A stretch of DNA of 64,000 nucleotides. Source: Phoronis australis (taxonomy: Eukaryota; Animalia; Phoronida). Where the stretch lies: contig NMRA01000604.1 in NCBI GenBank assembly GCA_002633005.1, positions 163,955 through 227,954 on the forward strand, read 5' to 3'. The notes beneath the pieces are model-generated. The model did not search any database and was not told the origin of the DNA. It worked only from the letters and a program-made list of their open reading frames with translations. How positions within the stretch are numbered: position 1 is the first letter of the stretch; each line of letters starts with the position of its first letter. The position numbers and the translations under genes were made by a program. This document shows positions 38,179-49,545 of this stretch, piece by piece.

Positions 38179-41100
38179 GTATTATATTTTATTTTTTTAT
38201 CTGAACATTACCTGTCAACAGTGTCAATGTGTTCTTGATTGGCATGCCAGGTAATAGCTCACTTGCGAGTTTCTCTTTAGTCACTGTGACGTCACCGGAA
38301 AAGGGGCAAAACCCGCCACATTGCTCTTGTTTTGCCCCGAGTCTTTGCTACACACGCTAAAACTTACTGGAGTTCTTATGGTGAATTTTACGCTTAAAAT
38401 GTTAAAACAACTTAAGATGTGGTAGATGGATCGTGGAATAACTGTGAATGGACGAAGAAAATGTGAAGTTGTTATGTTGTGCGAAGCTGTGAACGGACTG
38501 AAATTGGAACTTAACTCGCTCTAGGCCTGAATGTTGCAGGCATATAGGGGCGATAGTGTATCCCCATAAAAAGATTCACTTCGAAATACAGCAAATAAAA
38601 TCAAATGAAACATGCATATGTGCACATGAAGTTATAATTAACACATACCCTGACTCTGGACACAATTAAGTCTACAAATAACTTAAGCATATCAATGAAA
38701 ATCTCGCGGTTCTCTCGAGTTTCTCTCACTGGTCGCCATTTTGAGGAAGTTACGTGAAATCACGCCTGTTGACGAACAAAAAGTCCAAGGGACACAAATC
38801 TTACAAATTTCACTTGATATTTTCTCATGCTATTTTGCAAGTGTCACGCGCCAGGTCACGCTCCAGATCTCGCGCTTCGCTCAGTCTCGCGCTAGCCTTT
38901 GCCTCNNNNNNNNNNNNNNNNNNNNNNNNNNNNNNNNNNNNNNNNNNNNNNNNNNNNNNNNNNNNNNNNNNNNNNNNNNNNNNNNNNNNNNNNNNNNNNN
39001 NNNNNNNNNNNNNNNNNNNNNNNNNNNNNNNNNNNNNNNNNNNNNNNNNNNNNNNNNNNNNNNNNNNNNNNNNNNNNNNNNNNNNNNNNNNNNNNNNNNN
39101 NNNNNNNNNNNNNNNNNNNNNNNNNNNNNNNNNNNNNNNNNNNNNNNNNNNNNNNNNNNNNNNNNNNNNNNNNNNNNNNNNNNNNNNNNNNNNNNNNNNN
39201 NNNNNNNNNNNNNNNNNNNNNNNNNNNNNNNNNNNNNNNNNNNNNNNNNNNNNNNNNNNNNNNNNNNNNNNNNNNNNNNNNNNNNNNNNNNNNNNNNNNN
39301 NNNNNNNNNNNNNNNNNNNNNNNNNNNNNNNNNNNNNNNNNNNNNNNNNNNNNNNNNNNNNNNNNNNNNNNNNNNNNNNNNNNNNNNNNNNNNNNNNNNN
39401 NNNNNNNNNNNNNNNNNNNNNNNNNNNNNNNNNNNNNNNNNNNNNNNNNNNNNNNNNNNNNNNNCATGTTTGTCTCAATTAGACGAATCTTTTTATATGC
39501 AGCACATGTATATTCTTTTATTTTTTACGAAATTATGTAAAAAGGCAGATATTTTACGCATAATCGTCGCGTTTCAACGGCCATTTTCTCGTCAACCGCT
39601 CATCCAATTTTTCTGATTTTTGCACCATTTCATTTCTCACACCAAGGGCTTTTCAAAAATGTATGACACATGGGCATTGTAAAAAAATTTTAAAAAAAAG
39701 CGTCCTCCCTACCACAGGCGTCCTCAGCTTCTGTCTTCTGATCGTCCCTAATGCACTATAATACTACAAGGTATGACTCTTCGGACTAGAAATTCCACGG
39801 GTTCTTCACTTCAGCCGTCCATAGCAAACACAAAACTAAATAAATTTACACAAAACAGGTTCAACAAACCGTAAGGAATTGTTCTTTAGATCTCCCAATA
39901 CCATTTACGGTATCCTGCTCCACCGAGTTCGCAAGAAATTCGCGGTCAAAGCACAAAAATGTTCCCAAAAAGCCCACACCGAGCCTCCTTGGACGGTTCT
40001 AGGTCAAGGACGGTATGGAATTATCTGATGAGTTACGGATGTACGGCAATTGCCGGTTCACCACGGAAGGTTACGAATGGTCTGGCTTTATCGATGTCGT
40101 GACACTCCGTGACAAATTGGCAATTGCCGTACCGTCCTTGACCTCAAACCGTCCAAGGAGGCTCGATGCGTGGGCTTTTTGGGAACATTTTTGTGTTTTG
40201 ACTACGAAGTTGTTGCGATCTCGCCGGGGAAGGAAACCGTGGATGGTATTGGAAGAAAGACTAATTGTTAATGGTTTGTTGAAACCTTGTTTTGTGTAAA
40301 TTTGTGAGTTTTGTGTTTGGTATGGACTGCTGAAGTGAAGCACCCGTGGAATTTCTGGTCCCGAGTGTCATACCTTATAATATTATATAGTGTATTGGGG
40401 ACTATCAGAAACTGAGGACGCCTGTGTCATGGACATGTCATGGGTCCATGCATATCTTCAACACTAGTATCAAACTACTCATCACGTCTCAGACATCAGA
40501 GGTAATTGTTTACAATATGAGGACATTGACCTACACTCGTGATTTTGGTATCGTCCGATTCCGCTCATCATTCTCATTCCAAAAATATATGATTGTGTCC
40601 CCAACCGTGTTTCCTGAGGAAACGCTGTAAGTGACACATGCGTATATTTTTGGAATGGGAACAATAAGTGGATTTGAACGATTCCAAAATCATGTGTGTA
40701 GGTCAATGTCCTCATATTGTAAACAATTGCCTTGATACCTCATTCCTTTCATCTACCATCAATATCCATCCAAGAGACGACAGATTTCACATCTGATGTC
40801 ACATTATTTTGATATCTGGATTCAAAACATGGTACCCTGCTGTCGGCAGACTGCTGCCATTTTCTTGAGCATTTCAACAACAGCCTGTTCGCAGCTATCT
40901 GTAATTGGTAGTCGAGATGTGTACCGTCAGAAAATGGCTTCAGCCTGCCAATAGCAGAGTACCTTGTCTTGAGTCCAAGTATGAAAAGGTCGTGACGTCA
41001 AACCTGAAATCTTGTCTGGATGGAGATTAATGATAGAGGAATCGAGTGAGGTATTTTTTTTTTGTTAACTTTTGATGAGTAGTGTAGGAGTTATGGAGGG

Positions 41101-44100
41101 ACTCACATATCTGATTACTGCCGCCTAAGTTTTGCATATCAACATCAACATCCAGCTAGGAACTGCTGCATTGTGTGTTAACTTCACTTAGTCAGCCAGC
41201 TACCTGTAGGAAGACTAACGTCAAAATACAGCTAGGGACTTGCTGTTTGCTAACGCTACATAGACTTTGAGGTTTTACACCACCCCGGTAGTTCTTGTCG
41301 CCTTTTAGCGAAACTTATATATTAACAAGTGGAACTAATGACCAGGGGAGGTACATGCAAAAGGCGCTAGTCGAGATGTGGCAGTCCTTTTTTTAAAACC
41401 ATCATAACTTCTTCAATTTTTAAATTAGAATTGCAAAGGTGGCATCCACATGTTCACAGGACGTGTAGAATGGTTCTGTGGTGTATTTTCTGCCGTACCT
41501 CCACTGTCGTTTTAAAATGTACTTTGAAGTTAAAACAATTTTTTGACGAATTGTCTACAGTTGGTAACCCCTTCAGTGACGTCATCAAAATGAAGCCTGG
41601 TACCTATTGGTGATTGTGTATCCTTTTACAAGGGTAATGAATGATGCATCACAGTGTTCCTGATATGAGTCAGGCTGTCAAAGCTTTTAATAACAATTTT
41701 GCCAGTGGTGACTTGAAGCCACGGTGCTGGGTTTGACGACCTCAGATTGTGTTTGGTGACCCAGGAAAATCCCAAGTCACCACAAGGTCGCCACAGTGAG
41801 TGTCAAAGTGAGACAATAATTCCCCCAAAAATCATTTCAAAGTTTGGTGGTGGCTTCTAAACTTTGAATTTCTAATAGTTTTCCTGGATTTAATACTTTT
41901 GGTTCACAATTGTTCCGTTAAATTCGTGAACTCAGTGCATTTGCCACCCTCTGCAATCGACATATATTAAACATACTTTTAAATTAAAACAGGAATTGTA
42001 CAGCAAAAAATGTGAGAAATTGAAGAGGTATGCGAAACGAAGTTTGACACAGCCTTTTTTTGCGGATTTCGACGTTGATTTTTGGCGACCTCAGATTTCG
42101 TTTGGCAACCTGGGATTTTCGCCAAGTCACCACAGCCACTCTTTTTTACTTCATGTTTACTTTGCTTCTTCAGAACTGGAGAAAGACAAACATGGCTGGA
42201 CCCATATGGACTTTGCACATACATTCTCAGCGGACTATAAACGTGTTAACGACACCATTAAAAGAATTGATGGAGAGAAGGTGACAATGGATGAGTTCAT
42301 TGAGCTATACGAGAAACCTTACCAACCAGTGATCATTAAAAATCTCCAGAAGGGATGGGCAGCTTTAGAAAAATGGAATCTGAGGGTAAGAGCAATCTGT
42401 AATGGCACGTTGAAGCATGTTTTATCTCCTCAATCGTGATTTTACCAGACACCAGCAATCCAGCTTTTAATTGCATTTTATTTCACTTCATCCCTTTATC
42501 CATGTGTCCATGTGCACATTGAATTAGCATCGTTTTTGGAAATTGTTCATTTGTTTCTTATAATCCTCTTTGATTGCAAAAGTTATGATCTGATCACAAA
42601 TATTCGATACCAGGAAATTTTGCTGTCACAAAATACCTAAAATGGCTGCAGGCTTGCATCGCCAATAAAAGCCGGTATCCCTAATGTTGACAGGCCCTGC
42701 ATTAGATATGGGAAAATCTTACTATTTTTGGACAAAATTGCCAGAAGTGACCGTTTTTCATCTCTAACACCACTTACTGACAATGTTTTGAATGCTTACA
42801 ATTTCTTAAAACATTTTCTGATGGTAGCTATGGTGTAGGACTTCATCGTGATGATGCCTTTATTTAGTGTTACTTGTCTTTTATGAAACAAGAAAACATC
42901 TCGTGTTCACCATATTGTGTCTTAAAATGATGAGGTTTACTGTCCTGGCAAGTCCAGGGCTTCGCATAGATCTGAGGTGGCAGTGCAGACGAGAGATTGA
43001 AGTGAGTAATAGATTAATTCTGAGGATTTCAAGCCATTCTCTATTAGCAATGATTTTTGTCTCTTTCACTTGCATTGTGGTACGCTCCTGAGCTCCTAAA
43101 GCGCCCTCACTGCCCCATTACCATATTAAGAAAAATGACGTGGAATTCCCTCATTGAGCTCAAAGGTTCCATTACAATGATTAAAAAATTCTCAAGGTCA
43201 GAACCACTTCATCTGTAAAATGTTAATTTTTGTTTCTTGAGGCATTGCAGAGGAGGGGTGACGATGAGGGTGGAAATTTTCCCCTCAACCAAAAAAATTC
43301 GTCTCAGAAAGTACAAGCACGTTTCTCCTCTGGTGACATCGTGTATAAGTCCATGACACCTAAACAGTATGATGGAAAACAACCTTAGTCACTTGAGCGG
43401 ATCAAAATTGAAGGAACGGGTCTACTGTAACGCCTGTATCAATATGCCTCTATGGTACAATATGCCTCTATGGTACAATATGCCTCTATGGTACAAACAC
43501 AAAGGAAGTGTAAGAGAGCACCCAAATTCATCAAATTAATGAGCAGATTACCAAATATTCTGTTGGCAATATATTCGAGGCACGCACCACCTAAACACAA
43601 GTATATACGTCACCAGGTCATCTGTGATATCACACGATGCTTACGAGTCGATAACCGTACTACAATGCACTTGAAAAATGACAGCCACGTGGTTACTTCA
43701 TTATCGTTTGCTTTGCGCATGGTGGGTGCATATCAGCACTTTGTGGTGCTCGTGTTTTTGATATCTCACTGATCACCAGATCATGAACGGAATTGACCTC
43801 TGTATATGACCTCTCCTTCCTTTAATCATTGGTTTGTAAAAGTTGTTATGATTGCTGACACTTGACTTTCAGAGACTAGCCAAGAAGTACCGTAACCAAA
43901 AGTTCAAGTGTGGGGAGGATGATGAGGGATACTCTGTGAAGATGAAGATGAAGTATTATATTGACTACATGGAGAGTAATACAGACGACAGTCCTCTATA
44001 CATTTTTGACAGTAGTTATGGCGAGGTAGACGATTCTACTCCATTAAGCGGGTTTGAATTGAAATGTACATCGTTGGAATGTCTTTGAAGTTTGGGATCT

Positions 44101-44934
44101 TTCATGAATCCAATATAAACCTTCTGTCGACATTCTAACTTTAGATTTAAATCACTTACTGTGCTATAACTAGCCTTGACTTGTTTCTTTTGTAAGATTA
44201 ATAGTAATTTCTGGTCTTGGTAAAGACTGATCAGTGCCATCTTGAGGCTTGGGGACAAAGCTTGTTAAGGACTGATCAGCGCCATATTGAGGCTTGGGGA
44301 CAAGGCTTGTTAAGAACTGATCAGCGCCATCTTGAGGCTTGGGGACAAGGGTTGTTAAGAACTGATAGGTATTGCTCAGTACAAGTGACGGGCCGTGTCT
44401 AGCTATCTTAGTGGGCCTGGTCTTGTTAAGGACTGATAGGTATTACTTGAGACTAAGCTCAGTACAAGTGACCAGCCGTGTCCAGCTGCCTAACTGAGCC
44501 TGATCTCGGTCACCCAGGAAAAAGTTGTTATCAGTTATACAACAGTAAGTGCTTTAAAACATTTTCGCAGCTAATTGCAGCTTTGAATTTTTTAAAATCA
44601 AATGAAGTTCAACCTTGACTCAGAGGATGTTTTTCAAAAAATCCTTGTACAGCTCGAGAAGTTTTTCTGATTTCCTGCGAGGTTCTTTGAATAAAATTTG
44701 CAAGGGTAATGAGTTAAGTTGATTATAGAAGACGTGTCTTTCAATGGAATTGGTTGTCTTGCTTAGTTAGCTTGAAACTTAAGTTCTACACAGTGACGAC
44801 ATGTTGTCTTACTCACCGATGATTGCATTACAGCATTCTAAACGAAAGAGTCTCTTAGACGACTATGATGTGCCAAAGTATTTCCAAGAAGATTTGTTCA
44901 AGTATACTAGTGAAGAAAAGCGTCCACCTTACAG
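38124..44934 (+). CDS. JMJD6: JMJD6 (bifunctional arginine demethylase/lysyl hydroxylase, PSR), 5' part only: 4 exons, ~173 aa
   Basis: Exons 38124-38178, 42174-42385, 43873-44025 and 44834-44934 are phase-consistent. [75 protein letters not shown] and [16 protein letters not shown]...KRPPYR match the JMJD6 family. Confidence 0.94.
39713..40426. mobile_element. Foldback/MITE-like element with ~300-bp imperfect inverted arms in JMJD6 intron 1
   Basis: cacaggcgtcctcag...caaggacggta (39713-~40015) pairs with taccgtccttg...ctgaggacgcctgtg (~40130-40426). Confidence 0.88.
40501..40731. mobile_element. Palindromic MITE (GG...CC ends, PIF/Harbinger-like)
   Basis: ggtaattgtttacaatatgaggacattgacctacac pairs with gtgtaggtcaatgtcctcatattgtaaacaattgcc; centre gtttcctgaggaaac. 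Confidence 0.85.
42174..42385 (+). CDS. JMJD6: JMJD6 coding exon 2
   Basis: cttcag|...AGG|gtaag, 212 nt, phase 1-0. Confidence 0.92.
43440..43497. repeat. 18-bp tandem repeat, 3 copies
   Basis: caatatgcctctatggta x3. Confidence 0.92.
43873..44025 (+). CDS. JMJD6: JMJD6 coding exon 3
   Basis: tttcag|...GAG|gtaga, 153 nt, phase 0-0. Confidence 0.94.
44221..44490. repeat. 45-bp minisatellite (~3.3 copies) followed by a related diverged pair
   Basis: taagaactgatcagcgccatcttgaggcttggggacaaggcttgt-like units at 44221, 44266, 44311, 44356; then two copies of actgataggtatt...gctcagtacaagtgac...gccgtgtc. Confidence 0.88.
44834..44934 (+). CDS. JMJD6: JMJD6 coding exon 4 (start of JmjC domain)
   Basis: ttacag|...AG|gtaac, 101 nt, phase 0-2; [34 protein letters not shown]. 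Confidence 0.92.
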
Positions 44935-45726
44935 GTAACTGTTTAAGGTTAAGTAGGACCCCAGAAAAATTCCAGTTTGGGCCGACTTCACAGCGTCATA
45001 TCTCAGGGACGGCTGATTGGATTCATATGAAACTTGCAGAGGCTATGCTGTATACACTGTTCGCCTATACAGATGTTGGGAATTACTTTTGAAGTGCCCC
45101 ATTTTGTGTGAGTGGTTATCAAGAATAGGACTTGATGATATTAAGGAAAATGTTTTGAAGTTGCTTAAAATGAAAATAAAATTATGACTTAGAAAACTTA
45201 ATTTTTTGCTAAATTTTCCTAAAAATTCATGGTCAAGTGACCGAATTAATGGCAGATTTCAAAAATTTAGAATTTAGTGAATAATTTCTTCCTTAAAAAA
45301 TTGTATTTTACTAGGTTAAATTCTATATTGGTTTGTGACTTGTGCTTCATCAACTTAAATAGTGATAAGAATTTTTTAAAAACTTGCCTCTAGTGCATTT
45401 CTCTTCATAGTTTCTTTATTTCACTTTTCTTCAATGTTCTGCTGTTCATCACCAAACAGAATGCAACTCATTTGTTGGTTGTTTTCTTGATAAAATGCTG
45501 TACACAACAGTGCTTTGTTGACTTCAGATAGTGTGTGATGAAAATGCTCAAGTGAACAAAAGACTGCAGGTCACAATACCACTGAAGCCCACTTCCATTT
45601 CCTTAAATAAAGTAGCTCGCTCCATAGCTGGAGTTGCATGCATTAATTTCTCAAGTTCATTTAAATAACGCTTATTGATTCAATGTTAATGTATTCATTA
45701 CTTCATTTAGAAATCTGACATGATAT

Positions 45727-48700
45727 AATATTGTATTGTATTGTATTGTAATTCAAGNNNNNNNNNNNNNNNNNNNNNNNNNNNNNNNNNNNNNNNNNNN
45801 NNNNNNNNNNNNNNNNNNNNNNNNNNNNNNNNNNNNNNNNNNNNNNNNNNNNNNNNNNNNNNNNNNNNNNNNNNNNNNNNNNNNNNNNNNNNNNNNNNNN
45901 NNNNNNNNNNNNNNNNNNNNNNNNNNNNNNNNNNNNNNNNNNNNNNNNNNNNNNNNNNNNNNNNNNNNNNNNNNNNNNNNNNNNNNNNNNNNNNNNNNNN
46001 NNNNNNNNNNNNNNNNNNNNNNNNNNNNNNNNNNNNNNNNNNNNNNNNNNNNNNNNNNNNNNNNNNNNNNNNNNNNNNNNNNNNNNNNNNNNNNNNNNNN
46101 NNNNNNNNNNNNNNNNNNNNNNNNNNNNNNNNNNNNNNNNNNNNNNNNNNNNNNNNNNNNNNNNNNNNNNNNNNNNNNNNNNNNNNNNNNNNNNNNNNNN
46201 NNNNNNNNNNNNNNNNNNNNNNNNNNNNNNNNACAACATCACATTGCCAGTATAAGTGAAGCAAAGTCTCAGGTTCAGTCTTACAAAACGTACACAAGGG
46301 GGAGTTACGTGCCCCAATTTTGACAAGATAAGAGTTACAGCTACTTATCCTATGTGACAGTCTAAATTGAAACCAACAAAGTTTCACGTCAGTAGGCATA
46401 TTTCCACCATTCAGTAGTGTCAGGTATTGCAAGTTCTCCCTGCAACTTCATCTCAGACCTAGGCCGGGCATATTTGTTTAGCACAAAAGTGTTATATATA
46501 TGTTTTGTTCCCTTCTTGTCTGCAAGTAACAATCTCACAAAAATTGGGATAGAGTGTGCGTAGAAGGAAAACTTGTCTCTTTTTGAGATTCTCCATTTTT
46601 GACAAACAGCCTCTTTGAGCCCATAAAAATTCAAAAATATTGGTCTAAAATTGAACTTTTTGCAAAAACCTTCAAAAGATAACAAATATCCATGCTCGTC
46701 TAGTAGATCTGAGATATAATAAACACCCTTTTCAAACCATCTTCTCCAAAATACAGTTTTTCCACCAATCAATACATTAGTGTTATACCAAATTGGCTGA
46801 TATGGTATTTCCTTCTGATCTATTATATTTGAAAAATCATACAGAAAGTTAAATAGTTCCTTCCAAAAAGGGTTCTCAGTTTGAGATGCTGCATATTTGT
46901 AGAAATAGTTCCCAAATTTTAGACACTCCAATGATATCAAATCAGTGTTTAAGATGAGATTTAACCATGCAGTAGAATTTGTGGCTTTTAAGATCCTACG
47001 CATCCATGTTATCTTAATTGCCTTTACAAAAGAGTAAACATCTATCATTTTACAACCACCCATTTTATAATGTTGAAACATGGTTTTGCGCCCAATTTTG
47101 TCACACTTTCCTCCCCAAATATAATGAAAAAACAGTTTTTCTAAATCTTTACAGAACAGATTGTTAGGGATTGGCAAACATGATAAAACATGAATCAGTT
47201 TTGGTAGAAGAAATGGTTTGACCACTGTAACTTTACCAAGAGTACTTAAGTTTCTTTTTGACCATCTCATAATTTCTTTTTTAATATCAACCAACTTGCG
47301 ATCAAAATTTAAATTACTCATTTCCTGGATGTCAGTAGAAAAAACAATCCCGAGCATACTAAACTGTGAGGTAGACCATTTTAAGTCCTTTTCAGAACAT
47401 ACCCTTGAATTACTTTGCCTCGTAGAACCTATCCAGACACAAGTTGTTTTTTCTAAATTAGGAGTTAGACCTGAATACTTTGAGAACTAGTCAAGCAGAT
47501 CAAGAGTTTTTTTAATGATCTTTCGGAACCATCGAGTATGATAGCAGTGTCATCTGCATATTGAACTAGTTTAAATTCTTGAGCTCCAATCTGTATACAT
47601 GTACCTTTTATATTTTTGTTTTTCCTAAAGAGATTTCCCGTAATCTCAGCACATAGTAGAAAAAGATAGGGAGATAAAGGGTCTCCTTGTTTACAGCCTC
47701 TATCCATTTCAAAGAATTGAGAAGTTTTTCCATATTGAATTACACAAGCCATAGCTCCCTCATTGAGCAACGATACCCACTTTTTGATATTTGGGCCAAA
47801 ATTAAAAAAGACAGGTTTTTTTGTAGAAATACCCAGGAAACTGAATCGAACGCCTTCTCAAAATCCACCAGGACCAGTAATCCAGGGATATTCAACTGGT
47901 CAGTTGCACAGATAAGATCATAAATTAATCGAATATTTTCGCCAAGAAATCTACCAACAATAAAACCTTTCTGGTTTTCGTGCATCAAGCAATATAAGAC
48001 AGACTTAACACGTTCAGCAATACATGCTGAAATTAATTTATAACTTATATTGAGCACTGAAATTGGCCTCCAGTTTTTGAGTAGTTCTCTAGGTTTGTTA
48101 GCTTTTGGAATAATTTGGATCACACCTTGTTTTACAGCGGATGGTAGGGAATTCTGTGAAAACATACAATTAAAAGCTGCCACTAAATCATCTCCCAAAT
48201 CTGACCAGAAAAATTTGTAAAATTCCACTGTAAAACCGTCGGGACCAGGGGTCTTATTATTTTTCATCTTTTTGAGAACAAGTAGAATTTCATCATAAGT
48301 AATATTTCCTTCCAATGAATCTCTTATATTATCTTCAAGTTTTGGTGAATCAGTGTTTTCTAAAATTACATCTAAATCATATTGGGAAAAGTGGTGATCT
48401 TTTGAGGCATAAAGATTGGAGTAAAAATTTTTTATTTCTTCCAGAATTCCCTTTTGACTACAGATCAATGTACCATTGTCGTCTACTAAACTTGAGATAT
48501 TTTTATTAACAAAATTACGTTTTTCTAAATTACTAAAATATCTTGTTGGTTTTTCGCCATTTTCTATCCACTGAGCACGAGATCTCAATATTATACCGTC
48601 GATGTATTCATACTCGGCCTGAAGAATTTCTAGCCAATCACTAAAAAATTGAGAATCAGTATTCTGAACGAACTGGTGGACAGTATTTATTAATCTTTCC

Positions 48701-49545
48701 AAACGTAGTTTTCTATTTTTCTTTTCTTTATTTTTGAAAGCACTATATGGCAGAGTGAAGGATCTAATGTTTAGTAAGAACATGTTGAACAGTAAAGCTT
48801 CGTCAATATCAGAAGCATATACACTTTTGGTGTCTTGAATAATGATTTTTACTTGCTCCACATACTTTTTGTCCCGGAGTAGAGAATTATTAAATTTCCA
48901 TAAGCCTCTGCCACGTTCAAAAGAGTGCAATTTTATCTCAAACCGAATGGCTGAATGGTCAGTTCTGTAGCCTGGGATTATCTCCACTGTGTTTAACAAA
49001 GATAATAACTCGTCGGAAATTAGAAAAAAGTCAAGGCGAGATTTCTTAACTGGGTTTTTCCTACTCCATGTAAAAGAGGAACGGTCTGGATTGTAAACTC
49101 TCCAAGGGTCAACTAAATTAAACGTTTGCTTTAAATTTAAAACTGCTTTTCTAGCCTGAGGATTGTTCAGATTGAAATAACCAAAACAGTCCCGTTCATA
49201 ATCTTGGACCAAATTCCAATCTCCACACAGAACAATAAATTCGGAGTTGAACAGAGAGATGCGATGTGCAACGTTTTCATAAAAAAGTGGAGAATCTTGG
49301 TTAGGACCGTATATGCAGGCAAGCGTAACTGNTTCTAGCCTGAGGATTGTTCAGATTGAAATAACCAAAACAGTCCCGGTCATAATCTTGGACCAAATTC
49401 CAATCTCCAAACAGAACAATAAATTCGGAGTTGAACAGGGAGATGCGATCTGCAACGTTTTCATAAAAAAGTGGAGAATCTTGGTTAGGACCGTATATGC
49501 AGGCAAGCGTAACTGTGATAATTTTTTCCAGCACTATTTCAATAA
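45727..49545 (-). mobile_element. Non-LTR retrotransposon, L1/Tx1-like ORF2 (APE endonuclease, RT, C-terminal zinc finger), 5'-truncated and frameshifted
   Basis: EN motifs IYGPN, GDWN, SRLDFFLIS, TDHSAI; RT motifs KTPGPDGFTVEFYK, NWRPISVLN, DFEKAFDSV, GCKQGDPLSPYLF, QYADD; CTFC...ETLLHLYWQC. Split over at least 4 ORFs. Probable (ACAAT)n 3' tail at ~45727-45750 beyond the N gap. Confidence 0.92.
49149..49515. repeat. ~183-bp duplication across a single N inside the LINE (allelic overlap)
   Basis: 49149-49331 vs 49333-49515 with a few substitutions; N at 49332. Confidence 0.9.

Noticed and set aside
38741-39616. Long ORFs in the track
   Set aside because: They are runs of X from the N gap at 38906-39464.
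44221-44370. Regularly spaced direct repeats, superficially CRISPR-like
   Set aside because: Contiguous 45-bp tandem units with no unique spacers, in a eukaryotic intron, with no cas genes.
45703-46326. Long ORFs in the track
   Set aside because: Mostly the N gap at 45758-46232; only the minus-strand zinc-finger part (46233-46432) is real LINE sequence.
49149-49515. Biological internal duplication in the LINE endonuclease
   Set aside because: The copies abut a single N and differ by a few SNPs, the same signature as the CIC duplicate; probably an allelic contig overlap.
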